Origin: Nitrospirota bacterium
Lineage (GTDB): Bacteria; Nitrospirota; UBA9217
NCBI GenBank assembly: GCA_021814615.1
Contig: JAKAHZ010000001.1
Coordinates: forward strand, 31,178-95,177
Direction: 5' to 3'
DNA: 64,000 nucleotides
Shown here: piece after piece, positions 37,856 to 48,658 of the stretch
Layout of the letters: each line of letters begins with the position of its first letter
Numbering within the stretch: position 1 is the first letter of the stretch
The notes under the pieces: model-generated
Database searches by the model: none
Told to the model about the DNA's origin: nothing
What the model saw: only the letters and a program-made list of their open reading frames with translations
Translations under genes and position numbers: made by a program

Positions 37856-39887
37856 GTTCCCGGCCCTCCTCGCGGATCTTTTCGCTCAGCACGAGCAGCA
37901 CCACGAGCTGCACGAACCCGCGATAACCGTCCTGCCACGAGACCCCGGCAGGAATGAGCTCCTGGATGTTCGGGATCACCTCGTAGGCCACGGACCGGAT
38001 CGTCTCGACGCGCGGGGGCGTGGCAAGCGTCACATACTGGTTCTTCAGGTCGTCGGAATAGTCCCAGGCGGCGGCGACCGACGCGGCTTCGAGCCGCTTC
38101 AGAAGCTCCTCGATATGCACGTTCGAGCTCAGCGTGACCTTGAGCGTCAGGCGCTGCTCCGCGTTCTCCCTGCCGTCCCCGGCGCCGTAGCAGACCGTCA
38201 CATCGGCGTGCTCCCGCTGGGGATGGATGTACTTCCGGGCGTCGTCCATGCGGCGCTCGATCTGCTCCAGCACCTTCCGCTCGTCGTAGCCCCGGTTCTG
38301 CATGTCCCGGGAGATCTTCCAGCGCCGCCGCAGCGCTTCCTCGGTGTCGAGGTAGATCTTGAGATCGATGACCTTGCGCGAGATGGGAAGATAAAAGGGA
38401 TGGAGGCCCGACAGCACGATGAAGTCCCGCGGCTCGATCTTCCGCTCTTCCGTGAACCGGCCGGTGTCGTGGTCGTACTCGGTCCTGCTGATCCGCCTGC
38501 CGTACTTGAGCTCCAGGAGGTCTTCGGCCTGCTTGTGCAGATAGTTCGCCTTGGGATCGAGATGGGTCAGGCTCTGCCAGTGCTCGTCGCCCCGCTCCCA
38601 GCGGTGGTCCGCGTCGCCTTCGAGCTCGAGCAGCCGTGTGCCCAGGAGGAGTTTCAGGTCCGTCAGGAGCGTGGACTTGCCCGAGGCGCTGTCTCCGCCG
38701 ATGCCGATGATCAGGTTGTGCGTCCGGCGGTAGACGGCGTTGCTTTTGACGCCGAACTTGTACATGGAATAGATCGTCGCGAAGAGCACGACCTCGAGCA
38801 CCGAATAGGCCATGTTCCTGAGCTTCTCGTCGCGCACCTTGAGATCGATGGGGCCGCCGAGGAAGGAAAGGTCCTGGTAGTCGGGAAGATGGAACACGAT
38901 GAAGTAGACAAGGTACATGGCGCAGAGCGCAGCATAGAGCGCCACGATGGACTCGTGCTTCGCCGAATACTGGATGAAGAAGATGCTCAGGAAAGGAATC
39001 ATCCACAAATACCACGCCGGCGAGGGAAGGATCAGGAGCACGAAAGCGGCGAAGAGCATGCCCAGGAAGGAATGGAAGAGATCGCTGTTGATCTTGGGAT
39101 AGGCGGCGAACCGCGCGTAGAGCGCCGCCACGGCGAAGACGGGCAGATAGATCTTCACGTCCCCCATGGAGAAGACGGCATCGAACAGCTTCATCTGTTT
39201 CGGGTTCCGGAGGACCATGACCGAGTACCCCTCGCTTGCCAGGAAGGGGGAGCTGATCGCCAGGTACACCGCGGCGGGAATGAGCGCAAGGGGAATCAGG
39301 AACGCCTTCTTGCCTGTCCGGAACTGGTAGATCAGCATGAGCGGCAGCGCGGCGACTACATGGAACTTGATGCTCATCGCCAGGCCAAGGAGCAGGGCGG
39401 ACAGGACAACCCGTTCGACCGACAGGCTGACGACCGCAAGCATCAGCACGGCCATGGGGAGCAGGTCGAGCTGGGAGTGCATGTACGACGCATAGAGCAC
39501 AATCGGCGAGGCGAAGTAGAAGAGCATGACCTCGCGAAACCGCGACGGGAAGAGCCTGAGCAGCACAACGGCGATCGCGAGGTCGGCCGCCAGGGTCGGC
39601 AGCTTGAAGAAGAAGTTCTGGGCCGCCACGCTCCCGATGCCCAGGAGATGCACCGGAAGATACGCAAGCGATTCTATATAGAGCATCAGCGGCGGATAGG
39701 GGAACATATCCGGCTGCAGGTTCTGGAAATGCTGCCAGGGATTGCCGCCGTGGGTCAGGAAGTACTGGACGAAAGGCAGGAACAGCTTGTCCTGATACTC
39801 CGAGGAAAAGAGCGCAAGGACGACGATTTTGCACGCGATAATCAGCAGGATAACGCGTTTCTGCGCGGCGCTGAGGCGACGGAACAA
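37845..39887 (-). CDS. Fusion protein: N-terminal GT-C/mannosyltransferase-like polytopic membrane domain + C-terminal uridine kinase/phosphoribulokinase-like P-loop domain
   Basis: ~9 TM helices over residues 1-380; then 'IIGIGGDSASGKSTL' (uridine kinase/PRK Walker A) and a soluble C-terminal domain. Confidence 0.6.
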   Translation of the reverse strand: MFRRLSAAQKRVILLIIACKIVVLALFSSEYQDKLFLPFVQYFLTHGGNPWQHFQNLQPDMFPYPPLMLYIESLAYLPVHLLGIGSVAAQNFFFKLPTLAADLAIAVVLLRLFPSRFREVMLFYFASPIVLYASYMHSQLDLLPMAVLMLAVVSLSVERVVLSALLLGLAMSIKFHVVAALPLMLIYQFRTGKKAFLIPLALIPAAVYLAISSPFLASEGYSVMVLRNPKQMKLFDAVFSMGDVKIYLPVFAVAALYARFAAYPKINSDLFHSFLGMLFAAFVLLILPSPAWYLWMIPFLSIFFIQYSAKHESIVALYAALCAMYLVYFIVFHLPDYQDLSFLGGPIDLKVRDEKLRNMAYSVLEVVLFATIYSMYKFGVKSNAVYRRTHNLIIGIGGDSASGKSTLLTDLKLLLGTRLLELEGDADHRWERGDEHWQSLTHLDPKANYLHKQAEDLLELKYGRRISRTEYDHDTGRFTEERKIEPRDFIVLSGLHPFYLPISRKVIDLKIYLDTEEALRRRWKISRDMQNRGYDERKVLEQIERRMDDARKYIHPQREHADVTVCYGAGDGRENAEQRLTLKVTLSSNVHIEELLKRLEAASVAAAWDYSDDLKNQYVTLATPPRVETIRSVAYEVIPNIQELIPAGVSWQDGYRGFVQLVVLLVLSEKIREEGREREV

Positions 39888-40113
39888 GCTTAACCACCTT
39901 TATGCAGGAAGGCGATTCTCCGACAAACGGACTCACGAAATCTTATAGTATCCGGCCCGGCCAAGTCAACTGAATTCTCCGGGGCAGACGAATGAACCTG
40001 TTGATTTGGCGGATAATTTCTGCTATCGTACCGCTGATTTCGTTTTCCCCCGGTGTAAGCCGATCCGGAGCCTTCCTCCGGGAAAGCTCTCATTGCCCAA
40101 GGCGGTGTGACAC

Positions 40114-40542
40114 ATGAGCCTGAAATCCCGCGTCATTCCCCCGGCTGTCGCCCTTGCCGTCATCATCCTCACCGTCATCCTCTATCCTCAGCCGCTCAAC
40201 ACGCTTCAGGCGCTGGGGCAGGCGGGCGAAACGCTCTTCTCCCCCGATCTGTTCCTGCAGCTCGCGCGCCAGGCGGGAACGCCGCGGGCCGGTGAACAGG
40301 TGCTCCCGCCCCAGGTCCAGGCCATGCTCTTTCTGCTGCGGACGAATAACGTGACATCCTACTGCTATTCCGCGTCCATCGGAAAAAACGAAGAGATCAG
40401 GCAGCGCCTGATCGAGGGCGCCCTTCCCGCCCGTTTCAGGGAAACGGCGCCTTATGTGCTGATGATCGAAAGCGAACAGGCGCCGCGTCCCTGCAGATCC
40501 CTGGCGTCGCGCGAAGGAGTGCTCCTTGTCTATTGCCCTTAG
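40114..40542 (+). CDS. Hypothetical protein with N-terminal TM/signal anchor
   Basis: ORF with hydrophobic N-terminus; overlaps downstream membrane gene by 17 bp. Confidence 0.4.
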   Translation: MSLKSRVIPPAVALAVIILTVILYPQPLNTLQALGQAGETLFSPDLFLQLARQAGTPRAGEQVLPPQVQAMLFLLRTNNVTSYCYSASIGKNEEIRQRLIEGALPARFRETAPYVLMIESEQAPRPCRSLASREGVLLVYCP

Positions 40543-41902
40543 TCTTTTTCTGCCGGTCCTCTTCGGAATCGGGTGGCTCGTCATTCAGCTGGCCCCTTCC
40601 GTGGCGGAGGGAGCGCACACGAGACAGGATGCGGCGCGCCTGCTGTCCCTTGCGCTCATGCTCGGCCTCCTGGTCAACTACGCCGTTGTGCTTATTGCCG
40701 GCAGCCTCGTCATTGCCTTCCTGATCGCGGCCGCATTGGCGGCCGGGGGCTGGTTCTTCGCCCTTCGAAAGACCGGGACGCTGCGGGCCGTCCTCGGCCT
40801 CGGACGGCTGGCCTGGGTCGTCCTCCTTGTTCTGGCGGTGCTCTTCGCACTGTTGATGCTTTTCCTTCCCGCCGCCGAATGGGATGCCAGGTCGATCTGG
40901 CTCTTTCACGGGAAAATGATCTTTTTCAACGACCGTGCACTGAACCTCGCGGGGGGATGGGACCAGCCCTTTGCCAGTTTTTCCCACACCGGCTATCCCG
41001 AGCTGGGACCGATCCTGTTCGCGCAATTCGCGACACTTGCCGGATTCTGGAACGAATATTTCCCGAAAGCCGGTTTGCTGGCGCTCCTGCTGCCCGCGGT
41101 GATCGGCCTTTTCGCCTTCGTCCGCAAACCCGGAACCAGCGGCGTCTACCTGTTGATCATGACGGTCTTCTTTCTGGGGGGATGGCTCTGGAACGGATAT
41201 ATGGACGGGTATCTGGCGCTCTATGCCGCCGTGGCCTGCCTGTTCCTCGGACGGTGGATCACGGGCAATGATCGCCGCGACGGGATCGCGGGAATCGCCG
41301 GCCTGGCCGTTACCGCCTCGCTCAAGAACGAAGGCGACCTCGTGATCCTTGTCGCGCTGATCAGCCTGGCGGTGATCGTTCTTCTCCGCGATCGATCGCT
41401 GCGCCCGCTCGCGAACCTGATCTCCGGCAGAACCTGGTCCCTCGCCGCATCCGCCTTCCTCGGCCCGATCGCCTGGATGGCGATCAAGAAGCTGTGGCAC
41501 CTTCCCGGGGACATGCCTTCTTCACCCACCGATCTTCATCTGATCGCGGAAAGGCTGGGCCAGGGAGCTGCGGGCGCCATCGCCACGGCGCTGTTCGTCA
41601 AAGCAGAGGGGGCAAAGGCAGCCGGGATCGCTGCCGTCTCGATCGTCGCGGCATTGACCGTGAAGCGGCGGGTTCCCGTCGCGGCATGGTTCCTGCTCCT
41701 TACCGCCGCCCTCTACGGGACCGCGATGTTCTGGATCTACCTGACGACGAACGCCGACCTGAACTGGCATCTCGGCACGAGCGCCGGCCGTACCACGCTG
41801 CCGGTGATCGAGCTCCTGGCCGCCGCGGCTTTTGCATGTTTGTTCGATTTGGAAGATCCCGGGGGGCCGGCGCCCCGCGCCGGTCGCCGGCCCTCTCGCT
41901 AG
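40526..41902 (+). CDS. Polytopic membrane protein, hypothetical (possibly GT-C-like)
   Basis: ~12 hydrophobic helices; no catalytic motif recognised. Confidence 0.45.
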   Translation: MSIALSLFLPVLFGIGWLVIQLAPSVAEGAHTRQDAARLLSLALMLGLLVNYAVVLIAGSLVIAFLIAAALAAGGWFFALRKTGTLRAVLGLGRLAWVVLLVLAVLFALLMLFLPAAEWDARSIWLFHGKMIFFNDRALNLAGGWDQPFASFSHTGYPELGPILFAQFATLAGFWNEYFPKAGLLALLLPAVIGLFAFVRKPGTSGVYLLIMTVFFLGGWLWNGYMDGYLALYAAVACLFLGRWITGNDRRDGIAGIAGLAVTASLKNEGDLVILVALISLAVIVLLRDRSLRPLANLISGRTWSLAASAFLGPIAWMAIKKLWHLPGDMPSSPTDLHLIAERLGQGAAGAIATALFVKAEGAKAAGIAAVSIVAALTVKRRVPVAAWFLLLTAALYGTAMFWIYLTTNADLNWHLGTSAGRTTLPVIELLAAAAFACLFDLEDPGGPAPRAGRRPSR

Positions 41903-42345
41903 GCCGAGTCCGCCTTGCGGTACCGGGTCACGGCCCAGAAGAAAAGGAAATACGAAGCCAGGCCGGCAACAAGGCCGGCGACGAGCGATCCGGCCACAAA
42001 GGGCCAGAGGAAGGGCTTCAGGATCGTGAAGAGCTCGCGGAACCCAATCTCCCTCCAGGAGATCTCGGGGATCACCATGTCCGAGCCCGTGAGCTTGACG
42101 CCGAGCCAGAGATTGAAGGCGTACATGGGCACCATGGTCCAGGGATTGTTGACGAAGGTTGCGGTCAGGACCACGACCTTGCTCACCCTGAATATCCAGG
42201 CGAAGAAAATGCAGGAAACGATATGCAGCCCCAGCCAGGGGCTGAAGGCGATGAACACGCCGATGGCCGCGGCAAGCGCCAGCTTGTGCGGTGGATCATT
42301 GAGCTTCAGGATCCCGTGAAAGCGGTCCCGTATATACTTCCTCAC
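41899..42345 (-). CDS. DUF2062-family membrane protein
   Basis: 'AAAIGVFIAFSPWLGLH...LWLG' DUF2062 signature. Confidence 0.5.
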   Translation of the reverse strand: MRKYIRDRFHGILKLNDPPHKLALAAAIGVFIAFSPWLGLHIVSCIFFAWIFRVSKVVVLTATFVNNPWTMVPMYAFNLWLGVKLTGSDMVIPEISWREIGFRELFTILKPFLWPFVAGSLVAGLVAGLASYFLFFWAVTRYRKADSA

Positions 42346-43373
42346 CTGCCCCGTCTCCTTGCATAGCGCGATGTCGCGCCAAAATGATCGTACCCTGACG
42401 GACGGAGAACTGTTCTCTTGCCATCGATTCCGGAAAGGATTATTGTCCTTCTCCTGGTCAGGAACCCTATCGCCGTTGCATCGATTGGAAGCTTTTTAAC
42501 CCTTCTCCATTTCTCACGCGGAACAGTAAAAAGAAGCTCGTAATCCTCTCCTCCCGACAGGGCATATTCCAGCGGCGATCGTCGCAAAGTAGACACAGAA
42601 CATAAACTTCGTGAAAGCGGCACATTCTTGGCGAGAACAAGCGCGCCTACACCGCTTTCTTCGCAAATATGCTCCAAGTCGGAGGAGAGACCATCGCTTA
42701 CATCGATCATCGCCGACGCTATACCTGCAAGTGCGAGTTTCCGCCCTTCGTCAACTCGCGGCCTTGGCCGCAAATGTTTCTCGATCAGTTTTTTGAAAGT
42801 ACTCGTGCGATGCGCTACTTGTCCTTTAGCCTCTGCTTTCAAGAGCTCCAATCCGGCCGCAGAATCTCCTAATGTACCGGTCACGAAGATAATATCGCCC
42901 ATCTGAGCACCTGAACGTTTAAGTACTTGCCTTGCTGGAACCTCACCCAAAATAACTATGTTTACAATTAGATCCCGCAGAGAGCCACAGGTATCGCCAC
43001 CCACAAGCGACACTTTATGTCTCTTTAGCAGTGCATTAAGCCCTCGATAGAAAGCAGAGATGTTCTCGACAGTGACGTGACGTGGAATTGCCAATGTTGC
43101 CAAACAGAACCGCGGCGTGCCGCCCATGGCGGCGATGTCGCTCAGATTCACTGCAGCTGACTTCCACCCCAGCGATCGGAAGTCCGTCGTCCGTAGGTCA
43201 AAGTGTACACCTTCGAGCAACATATCCGTCGTGGCAAGCAGCTCTGCGCCGGGTGAACATCGCAACACCGCTGCGTCATCGCCGATACCGATCTGGACAC
43301 CTTTTCTTATGCGACCCGCTGTTTTCCTGATGCGTTTGATGAGACCGAACTCACCGATATCGGATATCTTCAT
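42342..43373 (-). CDS. thiL: Thiamine-monophosphate kinase
   Basis: 'GIGDDAAVL', AIR-synthase-related fold motifs; 4-bp overlap with downstream gene. Confidence 0.75.
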   Translation of the reverse strand: MKISDIGEFGLIKRIRKTAGRIRKGVQIGIGDDAAVLRCSPGAELLATTDMLLEGVHFDLRTTDFRSLGWKSAAVNLSDIAAMGGTPRFCLATLAIPRHVTVENISAFYRGLNALLKRHKVSLVGGDTCGSLRDLIVNIVILGEVPARQVLKRSGAQMGDIIFVTGTLGDSAAGLELLKAEAKGQVAHRTSTFKKLIEKHLRPRPRVDEGRKLALAGIASAMIDVSDGLSSDLEHICEESGVGALVLAKNVPLSRSLCSVSTLRRSPLEYALSGGEDYELLFTVPREKWRRVKKLPIDATAIGFLTRRRTIILSGIDGKRTVLRPSGYDHFGATSRYARRRGR

Positions 43374-43514
43374 AGTATCGTCGCGACCGCAAAGACACAA
43401 AGGCACTAAGCGTTCGAAGTATTCCTTCGTGTCTTAGTGCCTTGGCGGCCGGTCTTAATTGTGCAGCTTTCTTACTCCTGTCTACTGACTTCTGTCTCCT
43501 GTGTTCTGTGCTTC

Positions 43515-45929
43515 TTAATGCGTCGCCCGCGACCGGCCGGGTTTCCTGGTCTTGCGCACCACGTTCCCGGCCCTCTTTTTCCCGAAAGCCGTCCCGAGCA
43601 CGTCGTCCATGGTCTCGGCAAAGACGAAGTGCATGCCTTTCTTGATCTCCTTCGGGATCTCCTCCAGGTCCTTCTCGTTCTGCTTCGGCACAATGACGGT
43701 GGTGATGCCTGCGCGCCGGGCGGCCAGGGTCTTCTCCTTCAGGCCGCCGATGGGCAACACCCGGCCGCGAAGCGTCACTTCGCCGGTCATGGCCAAGTCC
43801 TTGCGCACCGGCGCTTTCGTGAAGACCGACGCCAGAGCCGTGGCCATGGTCACGCCGGCAGATGGTCCGTCCTTGGGGATGGCGCCCGCCGGCACATGGA
43901 TATGCACATCGGTCTTGGCGAACTGCTCCGTGTTGATGCCCAGGGAGGAGGCGCGTGACCGGATGTAGGTCAACGCCGCGTGGGCCGACTCCTTCATCAC
44001 GTCGCCCAACTGGCCGGTCAAGGTCAGCGTGCCCTTGCCCTTCATGGTCGTGGCCTCGATGTACAGCACGTCGCCGCCCGTTTCCGTCCAGGCAAGCCCG
44101 GTGACCACGCCCACTTCGTCCTTCTTCCGCTCCTCCTCGGGCAGGAACTTGGGCGCGCCCAGGTAGGTATGCACGTTGGCGGTGGTGATCGTGAAGAGGC
44201 CCGTTTCTCCCTCGGCGATCTTGCGCGCAACCTTGCGGCAGAGGTGCCCGATCTCGCGCTCCAGGTTCCGGACGCCTGCCTCGCGCGTATACTCCCCGAT
44301 GATCTTGAGGAGCGTCTTGTCCGGGATGGCGATCTGCTTTTCCGTGATGCCGTGCTCCTTCAGCTGGCGCGGCACCAGGTAGTGCGTGGCGATGCCCAGC
44401 TTCTCGTGCTCCGCATACCCCGACAGCCGGAGGATCTCCATGCGGTCCTTGAGCGGCCCGGGAATCGGATCGGTCATGTTCGCCGTGGTGATGAACATGA
44501 CGTTCGACAGGTCGAAGGGCAGCCCGATGTAGTGGTCGCTGAAGGAATTGTTCTGCTCCGGGTCCAGCACCTCCAGAAGCGCCGCCGACGGGTCGCCGCG
44601 GAAATCCGCGCCGATCTTGTCGATCTCGTCGAGCATGAACACGGGGTTGTTCGAGCCGGCGCTTTTGATGCCCTGGATGATCCTGCCGGGGAGCGCGCCC
44701 ACGTAGGTCCTGCGGTGGCCGCGGATCTCCGCTTCGTCGCGCACGCCGCCCAGGGAGATGCGCACGAACTCGCGGCCCAGGCTGCGCGCGATGGACTTGC
44801 CGAGCGAGGTCTTGCCCACGCCCGGAGGGCCGACGAAACAGAGGATCGGGCCCTTCATCTTATCTTTGAGCTTGCGGACCGCAAGGTACTCGAGAATGCG
44901 CTCCTTCACCTTTTCCAGGTCGTAGTGGTCTTCTTCGAGGATCTTCTGCGCCGCTTTCAGGTCCAGGTTGTCCTTCGTCGCTTTGCTCCAGGGCAGCTCG
45001 GACAGCCATTCGATGTAGGTGCGCGTCATCGACGCCTCGGCGGCGTCGGGATGCATCCGCTCCAGCCGGCGCAGCTGCTTTTCCGCCTCTTTGTCGGCCT
45101 TGTCGGGCATCTTGGCGGCCTTGATCTTGTCCTTGAGCTCGCGCATTTCCTCGCCGCGGTCGTCGGTCTCGCCCAGCTCGCGCTGAATGGCCTTAAGCTG
45201 TTCGCGCAGGAAGTACTCGCGCTGCGTCTTGTCGATCTCGCCCCGCACGTCCTGCTGGATCTTCTGCTGCATGGACAGAAGCTCGATCTCCTTGCCCAGA
45301 AGCTCGTTGATCCGCTTGATGCGGCTGATGGGGTCGGTGATCTCGAGCACTTCCTGCGCCTGCTCGACCTTCAGGCCCATGTTGGCCACGGCCAGGTCGG
45401 CCAGTTTGCCCGGATCGTCCACGTTCTCGATCACGACCATGATGTCCGGCAGGATCACCTTGCCGAAGGAGACAAGCTTCTCGATCTGCTCCTTCACGTT
45501 CCGCATGAGCGCTTCGAGCTCCAGCGTTACGGCGATCGGCGCGTCGGGATGGGTCTTGATCTCGACGAGATAGTACGGTTCCTTCTGGAGGAACTTGACG
45601 GTCTTGGCCCGCGACACGCCCTGGACCAGGATCTTGATCCTGCCGTCGGGGAGCTTCAGCATGCGCATGATCACGCCGACGGTGCCCATGGAATAGAGGT
45701 CCGACGGCGCCGGGTTCTCGACGCTGATGTCCTTCTGGGAGGACAGGAAAATCATGCGGTTCCCTTCCAGGGCGACCTCGATCGCCTTGATCGACATGTC
45801 CCTGCCCACGAAAAGGGGAAGGACCATGCTCGGGAACACGACGATGTCGCGGATGGGAAGCAGCGGGATCTTCTTCGGGATCTCGATGGTCTGCTCGACC
45901 TCGGCGGTTTTGACCTCTGATTTTGCCAC
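43515..45929 (-). CDS. lon: ATP-dependent Lon protease
   Basis: LON N-domain, Walker A 'GPPGVGKTS', protease Ser '[15 protein letters not shown]'; GTG start with AAAGGAG RBS. Confidence 0.95.
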   Translation of the reverse strand: MAKSEVKTAEVEQTIEIPKKIPLLPIRDIVVFPSMVLPLFVGRDMSIKAIEVALEGNRMIFLSSQKDISVENPAPSDLYSMGTVGVIMRMLKLPDGRIKILVQGVSRAKTVKFLQKEPYYLVEIKTHPDAPIAVTLELEALMRNVKEQIEKLVSFGKVILPDIMVVIENVDDPGKLADLAVANMGLKVEQAQEVLEITDPISRIKRINELLGKEIELLSMQQKIQQDVRGEIDKTQREYFLREQLKAIQRELGETDDRGEEMRELKDKIKAAKMPDKADKEAEKQLRRLERMHPDAAEASMTRTYIEWLSELPWSKATKDNLDLKAAQKILEEDHYDLEKVKERILEYLAVRKLKDKMKGPILCFVGPPGVGKTSLGKSIARSLGREFVRISLGGVRDEAEIRGHRRTYVGALPGRIIQGIKSAGSNNPVFMLDEIDKIGADFRGDPSAALLEVLDPEQNNSFSDHYIGLPFDLSNVMFITTANMTDPIPGPLKDRMEILRLSGYAEHEKLGIATHYLVPRQLKEHGITEKQIAIPDKTLLKIIGEYTREAGVRNLEREIGHLCRKVARKIAEGETGLFTITTANVHTYLGAPKFLPEEERKKDEVGVVTGLAWTETGGDVLYIEATTMKGKGTLTLTGQLGDVMKESAHAALTYIRSRASSLGINTEQFAKTDVHIHVPAGAIPKDGPSAGVTMATALASVFTKAPVRKDLAMTGEVTLRGRVLPIGGLKEKTLAARRAGITTVIVPKQNEKDLEEIPKEIKKGMHFVFAETMDDVLGTAFGKKRAGNVVRKTRKPGRSRATH

Positions 45930-46153
45930 TCAGGACTCCTTTTGCCGCTCTCGGCGCGGCCGGGGATCATACAGGGAGAACGAACTGCTCGATAATAGAC
46001 TCGCAAAAAAAATCTATTTAGCCACAGAGGTCACAGAGAACTCAGAGAAACAATTTCAATCTCTAAAGATCTACCTCTGTGCTCTCTGTGCGCTCTGTGG
46101 CAGCTCTTGACGTATTACGATTTTCATCAATCGATGAAACCACTCCACTGCCG

Positions 46154-47023
46154 TCAAACCTTCAATTTCCGGAGATACTCGCGGAACTCGCCGCCGAACT
46201 CGGGATTCTTGAGCCCGAACTCCACCGTGGCCTTGAGAAAGCCGAGTTTGTCGCCGGCGTCGTACCGCGTTCCCTGGAACTCGTAGGCGTAGATCGGCTG
46301 GTCTTCCATCAGGATCCGGAGACCGTCGGTCAGCTGGATTTCGCCGCCCTTGCCCGGCCGCGTGCGCTCCAAGGCATCGAAGATCTCCGGCGTCAGGATG
46401 TACCGGCCGATGATGGCCAGGTTTGACGGCGCTTCGTCGGGAGCGGGCTTCTCCACCATGTCCTTCACGAGATAGACGCCCTTCTCGATCTTCTTGCCGT
46501 CGATGATTCCGTAATGCTGGGTTTGGGACCGCGGCACCTTCTGGATCGCCAGGATCGTGGCGGGATACCGCTTGTACACGTCCATCATCTGACGGAGCGC
46601 GGGGACCTTGCCGTCGATGATGTCGTCGCCCAGGAGCACGGCAAAGGGATCGTTGCCCACCACGCGCTTGGTCGTGAGCACCGCGTGGCCCAGGCCGAGC
46701 GCCTTCTTCTGGCGGATGTAGCAAAAGGTCACCATGTCGGCGATGCGCTGGACCTCGGAGAGCATCTTGTGCTTGCCCTTCGCCTTCAGCTCTTCTTCGA
46801 GTTCGAAGGCCACATCGAAATGGTCCTCGATCGCCCGCTTGCCGCGGCCCGTGACCAGCACCACCTCGCCAATGCCCGACGAGACCGCCTCCTCCACCAC
46901 GTACTGGATCAGCGGCTTGTCCACCAGGGGCAGCATCTCCTTGGGCGATGCCTTGGTCGCCGGCAGGAACCGCGTGCCAAGGCCCGCTGCGGGAAAGACC
47001 GCTTTCGTGATTTCCTTCTTCAA
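46154..47023 (-). CDS. galU: UTP--glucose-1-phosphate uridylyltransferase
   Basis: 'KAVFPAAGLGTRFLPATKASPKEMLP' canonical GalU N-terminus. Confidence 0.9.
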   Translation of the reverse strand: MKKEITKAVFPAAGLGTRFLPATKASPKEMLPLVDKPLIQYVVEEAVSSGIGEVVLVTGRGKRAIEDHFDVAFELEEELKAKGKHKMLSEVQRIADMVTFCYIRQKKALGLGHAVLTTKRVVGNDPFAVLLGDDIIDGKVPALRQMMDVYKRYPATILAIQKVPRSQTQHYGIIDGKKIEKGVYLVKDMVEKPAPDEAPSNLAIIGRYILTPEIFDALERTRPGKGGEIQLTDGLRILMEDQPIYAYEFQGTRYDAGDKLGFLKATVEFGLKNPEFGGEFREYLRKLKV

Positions 47024-47175
47024 AGGCCGTTCCTCCGGATGCGTATTCTAGGGAAACAGGTGGTAAAAGTCAATGATCAGAACAAAACCTGCCACGAGGG
47101 CGCTAAGGCACGAAGGGATGCCTGCATTCCATGTCTTCACGCCTTCGAGTCTTTGCGGCAAAAAAGCCGCGGCGA

Positions 47176-48597
47176 TTACTTCGGCATCGGCACGCTGCCG
47201 AGCAGGTACTTCAGGTCGTCGTCGTCGAACTTGAGGCCCGCGCCGATAAAGGCCGCGCGCCGGTCCACGTTCAGGATGTTATCGTAGCCCGCGTTCACGA
47301 AGAACAGCTTGTTGATGCTCCACGTCGCCGTGGCCTTCGCGTGGGCGTGCTCGTTCCTCGGCTCCTTGCTGTTGAAGTTCCAGGCGTCGACGCTGAACTT
47401 CACCCGGTCGTCGAAGGCATAGAAGTCGGTGCCGACGCCGCCCTGGGACTCGATCAGGCCCATGCGGAGCGCCAGGTTGCCCCAGCGCTTGGCGAATTCG
47501 AGGCTGAAGAGCAGCTTGTCCTCGTAGGACTCGGTCACGACCGTTCCGCCCGGCGGCGTGGTCACCGTCTCGACGCGCTTGTACTTGGCGAAGGGATCGG
47601 AGACGATCTCCGCGATGTAGTACTGGTCGGGCCGGGGCTTCAACTCCAGCGTGAAGTAGCTCTTCGAGTCGGGGAACATATATTCGCTCCGGAAGGCAAT
47701 GGTCGTCTTCAGCCGCTCCACCCGGCCGACATAGTCGCTCAGGCCCTTGGCCGCGGAATCGATGTTGTTGTACATGCTGTCGTCGGATACGAGCTTGCCG
47801 ATCGTGCCCTCGCCGCGATCGATCCGCTTCGTCACGTTCTCGATGGACGCCAGCGCCAGCTCGGCGTTCTTCGACGCCTCGCGCACGTTCTCCAGCGTCA
47901 TCTTCAGGTTGTCCCGGTTGTCCTCCACCACGGCATTCAGGTTCAGCGCCAGCTCGTTCAGCCGCGTAACGAGCTCGCTGCCGTCGCCGCGCAGCGCGTA
48001 GGAGAACTCCCGGATGTTCGACGTGGTCTGGCGCAGGTCAGCCAGGATGTCCTCGAGCGAGCGTTCGCCCTTCTGGCTGCCGAAAACGTTCCGGAGCGAC
48101 GTGGTCACCTGCTTGATGTCGTCGGCGATCGACGAGAGCTTGCTGATCAGCTGGTCCGCGTCGCTGGCAGCCAGGGTCTGCTCCATGCGGTCGCCGTCTC
48201 GGTAGAATCCCTGTTTTCCCGCTGCCGCCGGAGCGCCTTCGCGGGTCGTGAGCTGCGTTGCCGGGACGATGTCCACGTACTTGTCGCCCAGAAGGCCCAT
48301 GGTCTTGACCGCGGCCTCGGACCCGCGCAGGATCTTCACGTCGGGATTGATCCGGAGCACGAGTTTCGCCCGGCTGTCGTCGAGCGTCACCGCCTCCACC
48401 GTGCCGATCTGCACGCCCGCCATACGCACCGCGGCCTTGGCATCGAGGCCGGCGACGGAATCGAAGACCGCGGTCAAGCGGTATCCCTTCGCCTGCCCGA
48501 ACTCGAACTTGCCTACCACCATGGTCATCCAGAGCAGGATGACGGAACTGCCCAGGACCAGCAGGCCGACCTTTGCTTCCGCAGTTAGCTTCGCCAT
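47176..48597 (-). CDS. mlaD: MlaD/MCE-domain protein (long form)
   Basis: N-terminal TM + MCE domain; last gene of mlaFED-like operon. Confidence 0.75.
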   Translation of the reverse strand: MAKLTAEAKVGLLVLGSSVILLWMTMVVGKFEFGQAKGYRLTAVFDSVAGLDAKAAVRMAGVQIGTVEAVTLDDSRAKLVLRINPDVKILRGSEAAVKTMGLLGDKYVDIVPATQLTTREGAPAAAGKQGFYRDGDRMEQTLAASDADQLISKLSSIADDIKQVTTSLRNVFGSQKGERSLEDILADLRQTTSNIREFSYALRGDGSELVTRLNELALNLNAVVEDNRDNLKMTLENVREASKNAELALASIENVTKRIDRGEGTIGKLVSDDSMYNNIDSAAKGLSDYVGRVERLKTTIAFRSEYMFPDSKSYFTLELKPRPDQYYIAEIVSDPFAKYKRVETVTTPPGGTVVTESYEDKLLFSLEFAKRWGNLALRMGLIESQGGVGTDFYAFDDRVKFSVDAWNFNSKEPRNEHAHAKATATWSINKLFFVNAGYDNILNVDRRAAFIGAGLKFDDDDLKYLLGSVPMPK

Positions 48598-48658
48598 GAA
48601 CTCTCCGTCAACTAAGACTGGTTCTTTGTACTCGGTACGTTGTACTCAGTACTGTTCT

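Noticed and set aside
47140-47175. Terminator 'gccgcggcttttttgccgc' downstream of mlaD (minus strand)
   Set aside because: The stem is a short palindrome of only ~5 bp with the T-run inside the loop rather than 3' of the stem. It is not convincing as an intrinsic terminator.
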